Assembly (NCBI GenBank): GCA_934402055.1
Contig: CAKRTC010000005.1
Span: forward strand, 19,267 to 83,266
DNA from: an uncultured Lachnospiraceae bacterium
GTDB taxonomy: Bacteria > Bacillota > Clostridia > Lachnospirales > Lachnospiraceae
DNA: 64,000 nucleotides
Direction of reading: 5' to 3'
Shown here: piece by piece, positions 1-9,842 of the stretch
Position numbering within the stretch: the stretch's first letter is position 1
Layout: every line of letters begins with the position of its first letter
Program-made: the position numbers and the translations under genes
Notes under the pieces: generated by a model
Database searches by the model: none
Seen by the model: the letters and a program-made list of their open reading frames with translations, nothing else
What the model was told of the DNA's origin: nothing

Positions 1-189
1 CTTTGCGGATTCATATCCGGCATCACTGCAGTGTTGGGAGATAAGCTTAATGACAGCATTCCGACAGCCGTCTTTTTACACGGCAGAGCAGGCTGTATAG
101 CCTCAGATACGGTGGGCTGTCACAGTGTGCTTGCGGAAGATATAGCGAATTCCGCAGGTAAAGCAATATTATCTTGCATAAAGTCATAA
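1..189 (+). CDS. Partial CDS (3' end only): C-terminal part of an NAD(P)H-hydrate dehydratase / carbohydrate-kinase (YjeF-C-like) protein
   Basis: Frame 1 reads ...GITAVLGDKLNDSIPTAVFLHGRAGCIASDTVGCHSVLAEDIANSAGKAILSCIKS* to a TAA at 187-189. The motif AAVFLHGxAGxIA plus a C-terminal AGK resembles the C-terminus of Nnr/YjeF family proteins. The gene is truncated by the window edge. Confidence 0.4.
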   Translation, partial: LCGFISGITAVLGDKLNDSIPTAVFLHGRAGCIASDTVGCHSVLAEDIANSAGKAILSCIKS

Positions 190-268
190 ATAGTTTTATA
201 CTTTAATGCTATAACGTAAAAAAATATTAAATTTTGTATAGCAGGATATACAAAAAGAAAGGAAGAAA

Positions 269-1351
269 ATGAGCAGAGTTTACAATTTCAGCGCGGGACC
301 TGCTGTTATGCCCGAAGAGGTATTGACAGAGATTAGAGATGAGGTACTTGAGTATGGTTCCTCAGGCATGTCCGTAATGGAGATGAGCCATCGATCTAAG
401 GATTTCGAAGCGATACTCCACGGCACTGAGAATACACTCAGAGAGCTTATGAGTATTCCGGATAATTACAAAGTCCTCTTTATTCAGGGTGGAGCTTCTC
501 AGCAGTTCGCCGCAGTACCTATGAACCTTATGAGAAATAAGGTAGCCGATTATATCAACACAGGAAACTGGACAAAGAAGGCAATTCAGGAGGCTAAGCT
601 CTTCGGCAAGGTCAATGTTATCGCTTCCTCGGAGGATAAGACATTTTCATATATCCCGGATGTGGACGATCTTCCGATATCAGAGGATGCGGATTACGTA
701 TACATTTGCCAGAACAACACTATCTACGGAACCAGATATTCAAAGCTTCCGGATACTAAGGGCAAGGATCTTGTAGCGGACGTTTCTTCGATGTTTGTTT
801 CGGAGCCTTTGGATGTATCAAAGTACGGCGTTATTTATGCCGGAGTTCAGAAGAACGCCGGTCCTGCCGGACTCGTTGTATCTATAGTCAGAGAGGATCT
901 CATCACAGACGAGTGCCTTCCGGGAACTCCTACCATGCTTAAGTGGAAGACTCAGGCAGATAACGATTCTATGTACAACACACCGAATACCTGGGCTATA
1001 TATGTTTGCGGCAAGGTATTTGACTGGATCAAGCGCAACGGCGGACTTACAGCCATGAAAGAGCGCAACGAGAAGAAGGCTGCATTGCTCTATGATTACC
1101 TTGACAGCTCCAAGCTCTTCAAGGGCACCGTTCGCAAGGATTCACGTTCTCTTATGAATGTTCCGTTCATTACAGGCAATGAGGAGCTTGATAAGGAGTT
1201 TATCGCTGTTTGCGGAGAGAACGGGCTCAAGAATATCAAGGGTCACAGATCCGTAGGCGGTATGAGAGCTTCCATATATAATGCCATGCCTTATGAAGGC
1301 GTTGCCAAGCTTGTAAGCGTTATGGAAGACTTCGAAAAGAAGCACATATAA
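269..1351 (+). CDS. serC: Phosphoserine aminotransferase
   Basis: 360 aa. The N-terminus MSRVYNFSAGPAVMPEEVL is typical of SerC, with the SHRSKDF and IQGGAS motifs. An RBS-like GAAAGGAAG lies upstream. Confidence 0.9.
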   Translation: MSRVYNFSAGPAVMPEEVLTEIRDEVLEYGSSGMSVMEMSHRSKDFEAILHGTENTLRELMSIPDNYKVLFIQGGASQQFAAVPMNLMRNKVADYINTGNWTKKAIQEAKLFGKVNVIASSEDKTFSYIPDVDDLPISEDADYVYICQNNTIYGTRYSKLPDTKGKDLVADVSSMFVSEPLDVSKYGVIYAGVQKNAGPAGLVVSIVREDLITDECLPGTPTMLKWKTQADNDSMYNTPNTWAIYVCGKVFDWIKRNGGLTAMKERNEKKAALLYDYLDSSKLFKGTVRKDSRSLMNVPFITGNEELDKEFIAVCGENGLKNIKGHRSVGGMRASIYNAMPYEGVAKLVSVMEDFEKKHI

Positions 1352-1474
1352 TACCTGAGTAAGAATTTATGTAATATTGAAAATGCGAAAGCTATAAAAC
1401 GGCAGACAGCCGGGCACACGGCATTTTCAGTAATAGACTATATATGAGCTATAGATAGTTCAGAGGGGACGAAA

Positions 1475-2647
1475 ATGAAGGACAGAAAGATTTTTCTGAT
1501 GAATAACATCAGTGATTACGGTCTCAGAGAGTTCAGAGACGGATACAGCTTTACAAATGATTTTGAGCAGGCACAGGGCGTACTTGTCAGATCGCAGAAG
1601 ATGCATGACACAGAGTTCCCGCCTTGCCTCAGAGTCATTGCCCGTGCCGGAGTAGGTCTTAACAATGTTCCGATAGACCGCTGCTCGGAGAACGGAATCG
1701 TTGTAATGAATACACCGGGTGCCAATGCCAATGCGGTTAAGGAGCTCGTTCTTGCCGGACTTATGCTTGCATCAAGAGATATCGTAGGCGGTATCGAATG
1801 GGTCAAGGCAAATGCTGCAGATGAGAATATCGCAGCAAGAACAGAGAAGGAGAAGAAGGCTTTCGCCGGCAACGAGGTCATCGGCAAGAAGATCGGTGTT
1901 ATAGGACTCGGTGCCATAGGTATCCAGGTAGCCAATATGTGCGCTTATCTCGGTATGGAAGTGTACGGCTATGATCCTTATATATCTGTAAATTCAGCAT
2001 GGAGACTGAAGAGAGAGGTCAAGCATGCTGAGAGCATGGACGAGCTCTTTGACAACTGTGATTATTTCACAGTACATGTTCCGGCAGTGGATTCCAGCAG
2101 AGATCTGCTTAACAAGATAAGCTTTGCCAAGATGAAGGACGGAGTAAAGATACTTAACTTCTCCCGTGAATTCGTTGTTAATGATGATGATATTGCCGAG
2201 GCTCTTGAGAGCGGAAAGGTAGCAAAGTATGTTACGGACTTCCCGGGAACCAAGACCGTCAAGATGAAGAATACCATCGTTACTCCGCATCTCGGAGCAT
2301 CTACGGAGGAGGCTGAGGACAATTGTGCCAAGCTTGCCGTAGAGGAGCTTCAGGATTACCTTGATAACGGTAATATCATGCATTCGGCAAATTTCCCGGA
2401 TGTAAATGTAGGTGTATGCAAGACAGACGCGAGACTTGCATTCCTTCACAGAAATATTCCGAACATGCTCGGACAGCTTACCGCTATAGTCGGTGAGGCA
2501 GGCTGCAACATTGCTAACATGCAGAATGCAAGTAAGGGACAGTACGCATACACAATTATGGACTTCGAGAGCAAGCTCTCGGCTGAGCTTATCGACAAAT
2601 TCAAGAATGTTGAAGGCATGCTCAGAGTTCGTGTCGTAAAAAACTGA
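1475..2647 (+). CDS. serA: D-3-phosphoglycerate dehydrogenase with a C-terminal ACT-like domain
   Basis: 390 aa. It is a 2-hydroxyacid dehydrogenase with the NAD-binding motif GVIGLGAIGIQVA, followed by a C-terminal regulatory domain. It is adjacent to serC. Confidence 0.9.
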   Translation: MKDRKIFLMNNISDYGLREFRDGYSFTNDFEQAQGVLVRSQKMHDTEFPPCLRVIARAGVGLNNVPIDRCSENGIVVMNTPGANANAVKELVLAGLMLASRDIVGGIEWVKANAADENIAARTEKEKKAFAGNEVIGKKIGVIGLGAIGIQVANMCAYLGMEVYGYDPYISVNSAWRLKREVKHAESMDELFDNCDYFTVHVPAVDSSRDLLNKISFAKMKDGVKILNFSREFVVNDDDIAEALESGKVAKYVTDFPGTKTVKMKNTIVTPHLGASTEEAEDNCAKLAVEELQDYLDNGNIMHSANFPDVNVGVCKTDARLAFLHRNIPNMLGQLTAIVGEAGCNIANMQNASKGQYAYTIMDFESKLSAELIDKFKNVEGMLRVRVVKN

Positions 2648-2675
2648 TTATAATTTAGAAATTGTTAGGATTTGG

Positions 2676-2706
2676 GAGGCCTGCATACTTGCAGGTCTCT
2701 TTGTGT
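2676..2706 (+). terminator. Rho-independent terminator after serA
   Basis: GAGGCCTGCA-tact-TGCAGGTCTC forms a roughly 10-bp stem, followed by TTTGTGT. Confidence 0.5.
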
Positions 2707-2794
2707 ATGGGTACAATTATAAAATGGCTTAATAAACAATTATCATCAGAGCATAAGCAGTATCAGGACTGCATGCATTATAAGGAGAAGTATT

Positions 2795-4147
2795 ATGGCG
2801 GATATAAGACCGTTTAAGGCAGTGAGACCTGCAAGAGACAAGGCAAGTGAAGTGGCTGCACTTCCGTATGATGTATATTCCGGAGAGGAGGCTGCCGAGG
2901 CAGTCAAGGGCAAGCCTCTCAGTTTCCTCAATATAGACAGACCGGAGACTATGTTTGCGCCGGATCATGACATGTATGCCGATGATGTATATGAGGCTGC
3001 AAGAGCAAGATATCTTGAGCAGAAGGCAGAGGGCGTATATATTTCGGATGATAAAAACTGCTACTACATTTACGAGCAGACTATGGACGGACGTGTTCAG
3101 ACGGGTATAGCTGCGCTTACGGCGGTAGATGATTATCTCGGAAATATATGCAAAAAGCATGAGAATACCGTAGAGAAAAAGGAACAGGACAGGATCAGAC
3201 ACGTTGATACCATGTCGGCACAGACCGGACCGATATTTTTGAGCTATCATTCCAGAGCCGGAATCAATGAGATAACGGATGCATGGAAGAAGTCTCATAC
3301 TGCGGAGTATGACTTTGAGAGTGAGGACGGAATACATCACAGAGTCTGGATCATTGATGACGCCGAGACAGTGGATAAGCTGAGCTGCGAATTTGCCGAG
3401 CTTGACTGCACATATATAGCTGACGGACATCACAGAGCAGCTTCCGCCGTTAAGGTTGCGCTTAAGAGAAGAGAGGCAGCCGGGGCGGACTATGACAAAA
3501 ATGCAGAGTTTAATTATTTCCTCTCTGTTCTGTTCCCGGATTCCGAGCTTAAGATAATGGATTACAACAGAGTTGTGAGAGACCTTAACGGACATGATCT
3601 CGACAGCTTCCTTGAGGGACTTGAGGAGGTATTTGATGTTGAGCTTACATCTCTTTCCTGCAGTGCTGAGGAGCATATAGGAAACGGCGGACTGCCGGGC
3701 ATTAAGTGCGGAGCCGAGATACTTAAGCCTGCAAAAAAATACGATATAGGTATGTACCTTAACGGACGAAGCTACACCTTGAGAGTGAAGCCGGAATACA
3801 TAGACGGTATAAAGGATGATCCGGTAAAGAGTCTCGATGTATCCGTGCTTCAGGAGGAGGTACTGGATAAACTCCTCGGCATCAAAGACCCGAGAACAGA
3901 TTCACGTATTAAATTCGTAGGCGGAATAAGAGGAGTAAGAGAGCTGGTTAAGGATGCCGATGCCTTTACTGCCGAAAATGCGAAAAACGGTGATAATACA
4001 GAGAGCGGTACGGCAGTGGCATTTGCAATGTATCCGACAGATATATCCGAGCTCTTCAGGGTAGCAGATGCGGGAATGCTTATGCCTCCTAAGTCGACCT
4101 GGTTCGAGCCTAAATTAAGAAGCGGATTGTTTATACATGAATTTTGA
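2795..4147 (+). CDS. DUF1015-family protein, function unknown
   Basis: 450 aa. The N-terminus MADIRPFKAVRPARDKASEVAALPYDVY matches the DUF1015 N-terminal signature as I recall it. It sits directly downstream of serC-serA, a recurring arrangement. Confidence 0.7.
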   Translation: MADIRPFKAVRPARDKASEVAALPYDVYSGEEAAEAVKGKPLSFLNIDRPETMFAPDHDMYADDVYEAARARYLEQKAEGVYISDDKNCYYIYEQTMDGRVQTGIAALTAVDDYLGNICKKHENTVEKKEQDRIRHVDTMSAQTGPIFLSYHSRAGINEITDAWKKSHTAEYDFESEDGIHHRVWIIDDAETVDKLSCEFAELDCTYIADGHHRAASAVKVALKRREAAGADYDKNAEFNYFLSVLFPDSELKIMDYNRVVRDLNGHDLDSFLEGLEEVFDVELTSLSCSAEEHIGNGGLPGIKCGAEILKPAKKYDIGMYLNGRSYTLRVKPEYIDGIKDDPVKSLDVSVLQEEVLDKLLGIKDPRTDSRIKFVGGIRGVRELVKDADAFTAENAKNGDNTESGTAVAFAMYPTDISELFRVADAGMLMPPKSTWFEPKLRSGLFIHEF

Positions 4148-4295
4148 TAAGCATAGCCCGGCTTGATACACTTAGCTGTAATATGCAATCAACTTTCGAT
4201 ACGGCGGGCAATAATACAGCGCCGCATACAATAACCCGGAGACGGAATAATCGAAATATGACGATAAAATAAAGAATTGTGGATAGAGTGAGATA

Positions 4296-5072
4296 ATGCA
4301 TCATTTTTTTGTGGATAAGGATAATGTGAGCGGTACGACCATAATTATCGACGACAAGGACGATCTTAATCATGCACTGAAGGTGCTGAGACTTAAGGAC
4401 GGAGAGAGGATCATAGTAAGTGATTCGGAGGGTACCGACTATATATGTGTTGTGGACGGCAGAGACGAGGAACAGGAGATACTTAAGCTGTCTGTTGAAG
4501 AAGTTAAGGAAGACAACCATGAGCTGCCGTCAAAGGTAGTGCTTTTTCAGTGCCTTCCGAAGTCAGAGAAGATGGAGCTAATCATACAGAAGGCAGTTGA
4601 GCTTGGAGTAAGCGATATAGTACCGGTTGCATCCAAGAACTGTGTGGTAAAGCTTGATGACAAGAAGGCTGCTTCGAAAACAAAGAGATGGCAGCTGATT
4701 GCCGAAAATGCGGCAAAACAGTCCAAGAGAAGCATAGTGCCTACTGTACATGAGCCGGTGAGCTTCAAGGATGCGGTCTCTATGTGCGAGGAATGTACGG
4801 TCAGCATCATTCCCTATGAAAATGAAGACGGTCTCACAGGCACCTGTGAGGCTATAGTAAGCTTCTTACCGGGCAACAGCATAGGTGTTATGGTAGGACC
4901 GGAGGGAGGCTTCGATCCTCTTGAGGCAGCAATGGCTAAACGCCACGGAATAAGGCCGATATCCCTGGGAAAGCGTATACTTCGTACCGAGACGGCGGCA
5001 ATAGCGATACTGAGCCTTATTATGATCAGGCTTGAGATAGCTGCCGGAATGGATCTTACAGTTGAGGAATAA
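4296..5072 (+). CDS. rsmE: 16S rRNA (uracil1498-N3)-methyltransferase
   Basis: 258 aa. It has an N-terminal PUA-like region (MHHFFVD...) and a C-terminal SPOUT fold (GPEGGFDPLE, LGKRILRTETAA). Confidence 0.85.
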   Translation: MHHFFVDKDNVSGTTIIIDDKDDLNHALKVLRLKDGERIIVSDSEGTDYICVVDGRDEEQEILKLSVEEVKEDNHELPSKVVLFQCLPKSEKMELIIQKAVELGVSDIVPVASKNCVVKLDDKKAASKTKRWQLIAENAAKQSKRSIVPTVHEPVSFKDAVSMCEECTVSIIPYENEDGLTGTCEAIVSFLPGNSIGVMVGPEGGFDPLEAAMAKRHGIRPISLGKRILRTETAAIAILSLIMIRLEIAAGMDLTVEE

Positions 5073-6236
5073 GTGCGGATGAGAGAGATATATTTTGATA
5101 ATGCGGCAACGACAAGAGTACGTCCCGAGGTAATAAGCCTCATGGATGAGGTGATGGGGGTGAATTACGGCAATCCGTCGTCGAGACATATATTGGGAGT
5201 AAGAGCCGAAAACTACGTTAAGACAGCTGCGCAGCAGATAGCGCAGTCGCTTAAGGTAAAGCCTGGTGAGATAGTGTTTACCTCAGGGGGGACCGAGGGC
5301 AACAATATGGCTCTTATAGGTACCGCTCTTGCGAGAAAGGGCTACGGCAGACATATAATAAGCACCAATATCGAACATGCCGCGGTATATAAGCCTCTGG
5401 AGTTCCTTGAGTCCATGGGTTATGAGATAAGCATAGTAGGCACAGATAACAAGGGACATGTGGATATTGATGCCCTTAAGAGTATGATAAGACCGGACAC
5501 CATACTTGTAAGCGTTATGTGGGTCAATAACGAGATGGGAGCCATAGAAGACATACCTGCCATAGGCAAGCTTATAAAGGAGATCAATCCGAGGACCTAT
5601 TTCCATACAGATGCCATACAGGCCTACGGAAAGCTGACTTTAAGACCGAAGGAAGCTAATGTGGACATGCTGACGGTAAGCTCTCATAAGATACACGGGC
5701 CTAAGGGAGCAGGATTTATCTATATCAACGAAAAAGCACATGTATCACCTATAATACTCGGAGGCGGACAGCAAAAGGATATGCGTTCGGGTACGGATAA
5801 TGTCCCGGGGATAGCCGGAACCGGACTTGCGGCAGAACTCTACAGAAAAGAGCATGCCGACATTGAAAAGAAGATGCTTGAAGTTAAGGACAGACTTATA
5901 GACAGACTTTCCGAGCTTGAGGGTGTAACTATCAATTCAGAGAGAGGAGCTCTCTCGGCACCGCATGTGGTGAGTGCTTCATTTGCGGGAGTAAGGGCAG
6001 AGGTGTTGCTGCATGCTCTGGAAGAGCGTGGAATATATGTTTCTTCCGGCTCGGCATGCTCATCAAACCATCCGGCTATCAGCGGAACCCTTAAGGCAAT
6101 AGGCGTGAAACAGGAACTCCTGGATTCGACTATCAGATTTTCTTTCGGAATATACAATGAGCCGGAGGAAGCTGATATTTGTGTCGAGGCTATAGCCGAG
6201 CTGCTGCCGCAGCTTAGGAGATTTTGGAGACATTAA
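5073..6236 (+). CDS. Cysteine desulfurase, class V aminotransferase of NifS/IscS type
   Basis: 387 aa with MREIYFDNAATTRV, the PLP-lysine motif SSHKIHGPKGAGFIY, and the active-site Cys loop SSGSACSS. Its start is coupled to the rsmE stop. Confidence 0.85.
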   Translation: MRMREIYFDNAATTRVRPEVISLMDEVMGVNYGNPSSRHILGVRAENYVKTAAQQIAQSLKVKPGEIVFTSGGTEGNNMALIGTALARKGYGRHIISTNIEHAAVYKPLEFLESMGYEISIVGTDNKGHVDIDALKSMIRPDTILVSVMWVNNEMGAIEDIPAIGKLIKEINPRTYFHTDAIQAYGKLTLRPKEANVDMLTVSSHKIHGPKGAGFIYINEKAHVSPIILGGGQQKDMRSGTDNVPGIAGTGLAAELYRKEHADIEKKMLEVKDRLIDRLSELEGVTINSERGALSAPHVVSASFAGVRAEVLLHALEERGIYVSSGSACSSNHPAISGTLKAIGVKQELLDSTIRFSFGIYNEPEEADICVEAIAELLPQLRRFWRH

Positions 6237-6318
6237 GCAATCTGCCCGGCATGTGTCATGAAAACACTTATGTGTTTACATTAATTCATCTATTCGATTG
6301 CTTAATACAAAATGACAA

Positions 6319-6327
6319 TGCTATAAT
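6319..6327 (+). promoter_or_regulatory. Candidate extended -10 (TGcTATAAT) upstream of fba
   Basis: TGCTATAAT lies about 65 nt upstream of the fba ATG. No strong -35 is present. Confidence 0.3.
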
Positions 6328-6392
6328 TAACTTTAACTAAGGATATTACAGAAATTTAATAACTCGAAGTTTATACAAAAGGGGATTTTAAT

Positions 6393-7361
6393 ATGGCACT
6401 TGTTACTACGACAGAGATGTTCAAAAAAGCTTACAACGGCGGATATGCCGTAGGTGCTTTTAATGTTAATAATATGGAGATAGTACAGGGAATCACCGAG
6501 GCATGCAAAGAGGAGCATGCGCCGGTCATCCTTCAGGTATCCAAGGGCGCAAGAGCTTATGCCAACAACACATATCTTATCAAACTTGTTGAGGCGGCTG
6601 TTATCGAGTGCCCGGACATTCCTATCGCACTTCATCTTGATCACGGTCCGGACTTTGAGACCTGCAAGTCCTGCATAGACTCAGGCTTCACTTCGGTTAT
6701 GATCGATGCATCCTCACAGAGCTTTGAGAAGAATATCGAGATCACCAAGCAGGTGGTTGAGTATGCTCATGCACACGGAGTGGTTGTTGAGGCAGAGCTC
6801 GGTACACTTGCCGGTGTTGAGGATGATGTCAAGGTAGCGGCAGAGGATTCGTCCTATACCCAGGCTTCGGATGTTCAGGAGTTCGTGGAGCGTACAGGCT
6901 GCGATTCTCTTGCCATAGCTATAGGAACCTCACACGGTGCATACAAATTCAAGCCGGAGCAGTGCACAAGAAACGATAAGGGCGTTCTTGTACCGCCGCC
7001 GCTCAGATTCGATATCCTCAAGGATGTCGCACAGAGACTGCCGGGCTTCCCTATAGTATTGCACGGATCTTCGTCTGTTCCGCAGGAATTTGTTAAGCTT
7101 ATCAACGAGAACGGCGGCAAGATGCCGGATGCCATAGGTATTCCGGAATATGAGCTCAGAGAAGCGGCAAAGCTTGCGGTATGCAAGATAAATATCGATT
7201 CAGATATCCGTCTTGCCATGACAGGAAGCATCAGACAGTATATGGCAGAGCATCCGGACAAATTCGATCCTAGAGAGTATCTTAAGCCGGCAAGAGCAAA
7301 TATCAAGGAGCTTGTACGTCATAAGCTTATTGATGTACTCGGCTGCGCGGGAAAGGCGTGA
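6393..7361 (+). CDS. fba: Fructose-1,6-bisphosphate aldolase, class II
   Basis: 322 aa. MALVTTTEMFKKAYNGGYAVGAFNVNNME, with zinc-binding His motifs (LHLDHG, SHGAYK). Confidence 0.9.
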   Translation: MALVTTTEMFKKAYNGGYAVGAFNVNNMEIVQGITEACKEEHAPVILQVSKGARAYANNTYLIKLVEAAVIECPDIPIALHLDHGPDFETCKSCIDSGFTSVMIDASSQSFEKNIEITKQVVEYAHAHGVVVEAELGTLAGVEDDVKVAAEDSSYTQASDVQEFVERTGCDSLAIAIGTSHGAYKFKPEQCTRNDKGVLVPPPLRFDILKDVAQRLPGFPIVLHGSSSVPQEFVKLINENGGKMPDAIGIPEYELREAAKLAVCKINIDSDIRLAMTGSIRQYMAEHPDKFDPREYLKPARANIKELVRHKLIDVLGCAGKA

Positions 7362-7375
7362 GGTGACTTGAGATC

Positions 7376-8638
7376 ATGGCAGAAGCATTAAAGGGAGCAC
7401 TCGTTGTAGGACAGTCGGGCGGTCCGAGTATAGTTATCAATGCGAGTGCTTTGGGCGTTATACGAACAGCATTTGCATCGGAGCATATAACCAAGGTATA
7501 CGGAGCTTATCACGGAATAGACGGAGTGCTTGACGATAAGCTTATGGATATGGATGAGGCGGGACTTATCGAGCTGGATAAGTTCATGTACTCGCCGGCA
7601 TCCGCACTCGGCTCATGCCGTACCAAGATGCCTGATCCCAAGGATGACGATACCAAGTACAGACAGGTGCTTGAGGTATTCAAGAAGCACAATGTAAGAT
7701 ATTTCTGCTATATCGGCGGAAATGATTCCATGGATACCTGCAACAAGATTTCCAAGTATATGAAATCGGTAGGCTACGACTGCAGGATAATGGGCGTTCC
7801 AAAGACTATAGATAACGATCTCTTCGGAACGGATCATTGCCCGGGCTACGGTTCATCGGCAAAGTATATCGCAACATCCATCATGGAAGTTGCAAGAGAT
7901 GCTGCCGTATATGAAAAGGGTGCGGTAACAGTATTTGAGTGCATGGGAAGACATGCGGGATGGCTTACCGCGGCTGCCGCACTTGCCAATGTAAACGGAC
8001 ATTGCCTCGATTATATCTATCTTCCGGAGAGAGATTTTGATATGGATAAGTTTATATCCGATATCAAGAGCTGCTATGAGAAGAACGGCAACTGCAATAT
8101 AGCGGTATCCGAGGGTGTTCATTATGCCGACGGAAGCTTCATCACCGAGGTTGCCGCATCTGCAACGGACGGTTTCGGACATGTTCAGCTCGGAGGTCTT
8201 GCGGCTTATCTTGCTGCGGAGATCAAGAATCGTCTCGGACTTAAGACAAGGGGAATAGAGTTCAGTCTCCTGCAGAGATGTGCCGCACATTGCTCATCAG
8301 GCAGAGATGTCGAAGAGGCATATATGTCGGGAAGAGCGGCTGTTGAGAGTATGCTTGAGGGTATTACCGATAAGATGGTCGGACTTGAGTGTGTAAGATA
8401 TCCGCACGGAGGCTTTGACAGCCATACCGTCCTCTTTGATCTTGATAAGGTTGCAAACTTCGAGAAGAAGGTTCCGCTTGAGTGGATCAATGAGGAAGGC
8501 AACAATGTGACGGATGCATTTATAGAGTATGCACTTCCGCTCATACAGGGAGATTCACCGGTACGCATGAGAAACGGACTTCCGGATTACACCGATTACA
8601 ATAAGGTATTTGTAGATCCGATTGGAAGTAAAAGATAA
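7376..8638 (+). CDS. pfp: 6-phosphofructokinase, probably pyrophosphate-dependent (PFP/PfkA family group III)
   Basis: 420 aa. It is PFK family, with GGNDS in place of GGDGS and PKTIDND in place of PGTIDND. An Asp at the second Gly position and the Lys are the classical PPi-specificity determinants. Confidence 0.8.
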   Translation: MAEALKGALVVGQSGGPSIVINASALGVIRTAFASEHITKVYGAYHGIDGVLDDKLMDMDEAGLIELDKFMYSPASALGSCRTKMPDPKDDDTKYRQVLEVFKKHNVRYFCYIGGNDSMDTCNKISKYMKSVGYDCRIMGVPKTIDNDLFGTDHCPGYGSSAKYIATSIMEVARDAAVYEKGAVTVFECMGRHAGWLTAAAALANVNGHCLDYIYLPERDFDMDKFISDIKSCYEKNGNCNIAVSEGVHYADGSFITEVAASATDGFGHVQLGGLAAYLAAEIKNRLGLKTRGIEFSLLQRCAAHCSSGRDVEEAYMSGRAAVESMLEGITDKMVGLECVRYPHGGFDSHTVLFDLDKVANFEKKVPLEWINEEGNNVTDAFIEYALPLIQGDSPVRMRNGLPDYTDYNKVFVDPIGSKR

Positions 8639-8660
8639 GAAATAGGTTGATTACGAGAAT

Positions 8661-9842
8661 ATGCATTATCAGAGTTTTTTGATCAAATATGCCGAAATAG
8701 GCACAAAGGGTAAGAACAGATATATCTTCGAGGATGCTCTTATGCACCAGATAAGAGAGCATCTTAAGAAGGTAGATGGCGAGTTTGCCGTACAGAAGGA
8801 ACAGGGCAGAGTATATGTAAATGCCAAATCGGATTATGATTATGATGAGGTACTTGATGCTCTGCGTCATGTCTTCGGAATTACGGCTATATGTCCGATG
8901 ATGCAGATAGAAAAATGCTCATACGACGAACTCAGGACCAAGGTGCTTGAGTTTGTTAAGACCGAGCATCCGGAGGAGGAGTTTAAGTTCAAAGTAAGAA
9001 CGAGACGTGCGGATAAACACTATCCGGTGACCTCCGATACTATCAATGCAGATGTAGGATACGATATTCTGACGGCATATCCGAAGTCTCATGTTGATGT
9101 GCATGAGCCTGACTTCGTAGTATATATCGAGGTCAGACAGAAGATCAATATATTCACTCAGGTGATCCCGGGTGCCGGAGGAATGCCTATAGGAACCAAC
9201 GGCAAGGCTATGCTCCTGTTGTCGGGAGGTATAGACAGTCCTGTTGCGGGTTATATGATAGCAAAGCGCGGAGTTATGGTGGAAGCTGTTTATTTCCATG
9301 CACCGCCGTATACCTCGGAGAGAGCAAAGCAGAAGGTAGTGGATCTTGCAAAGCAGGTAGCAAGCTATGCGGGAGCTATCAAGCTTCATGTTATCAATTT
9401 CACCGAGATACAGCTTGCAATATATGAAAAGTGTCCGCATGACGAGCTCACTATTATCATGCGCAGATACATGATGAGGATAGCAGAGAGACTGGCTAAT
9501 GCCAATGACTGTATAGGACTTATCACAGGTGAGTCTATAGGACAGGTTGCTTCACAGACTATGTTCTCACTTCGTTCAACAGATGAAGTATGTGAGCTTC
9601 CGGTATATCGTCCGGTAATAGGCTTTGACAAGCAGGAGATAATTGATCTCTCAGAGAAGATAGGAACCTTTGAAACAAGTATTCAGCCGTATGAGGATTG
9701 CTGTACTATCTTTGTGGCAAAGCATCCGGTAACCAAGCCTAATGTTAATGTTATAAAGCGTTCCGAGCTCAAGCTCTCGGATATTATCGATAAGATGATA
9801 GACGAGGCTGTTGCGAGCGACGAGGTGATCTGGTGCAGTTGA
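8661..9842 (+). CDS. thiI: tRNA 4-thiouridine synthase / tRNA sulfurtransferase
   Basis: 393 aa. It has an N-terminal THUMP domain (KYAEIGTKGKNR) and the PP-loop SGGIDSPVA. Confidence 0.9.
   Translation: MHYQSFLIKYAEIGTKGKNRYIFEDALMHQIREHLKKVDGEFAVQKEQGRVYVNAKSDYDYDEVLDALRHVFGITAICPMMQIEKCSYDELRTKVLEFVKTEHPEEEFKFKVRTRRADKHYPVTSDTINADVGYDILTAYPKSHVDVHEPDFVVYIEVRQKINIFTQVIPGAGGMPIGTNGKAMLLLSGGIDSPVAGYMIAKRGVMVEAVYFHAPPYTSERAKQKVVDLAKQVASYAGAIKLHVINFTEIQLAIYEKCPHDELTIIMRRYMMRIAERLANANDCIGLITGESIGQVASQTMFSLRSTDEVCELPVYRPVIGFDKQEIIDLSEKIGTFETSIQPYEDCCTIFVAKHPVTKPNVNVIKRSELKLSDIIDKMIDEAVASDEVIWCS

Noticed and set aside
2729-3676. 315-aa minus-strand ORF antisense to the DUF1015 gene
   Set aside because: It overlaps a well-supported plus-strand gene completely and has low-complexity, Cys/Ile/Leu-rich composition typical of antisense read-through in AT-biased codon positions.
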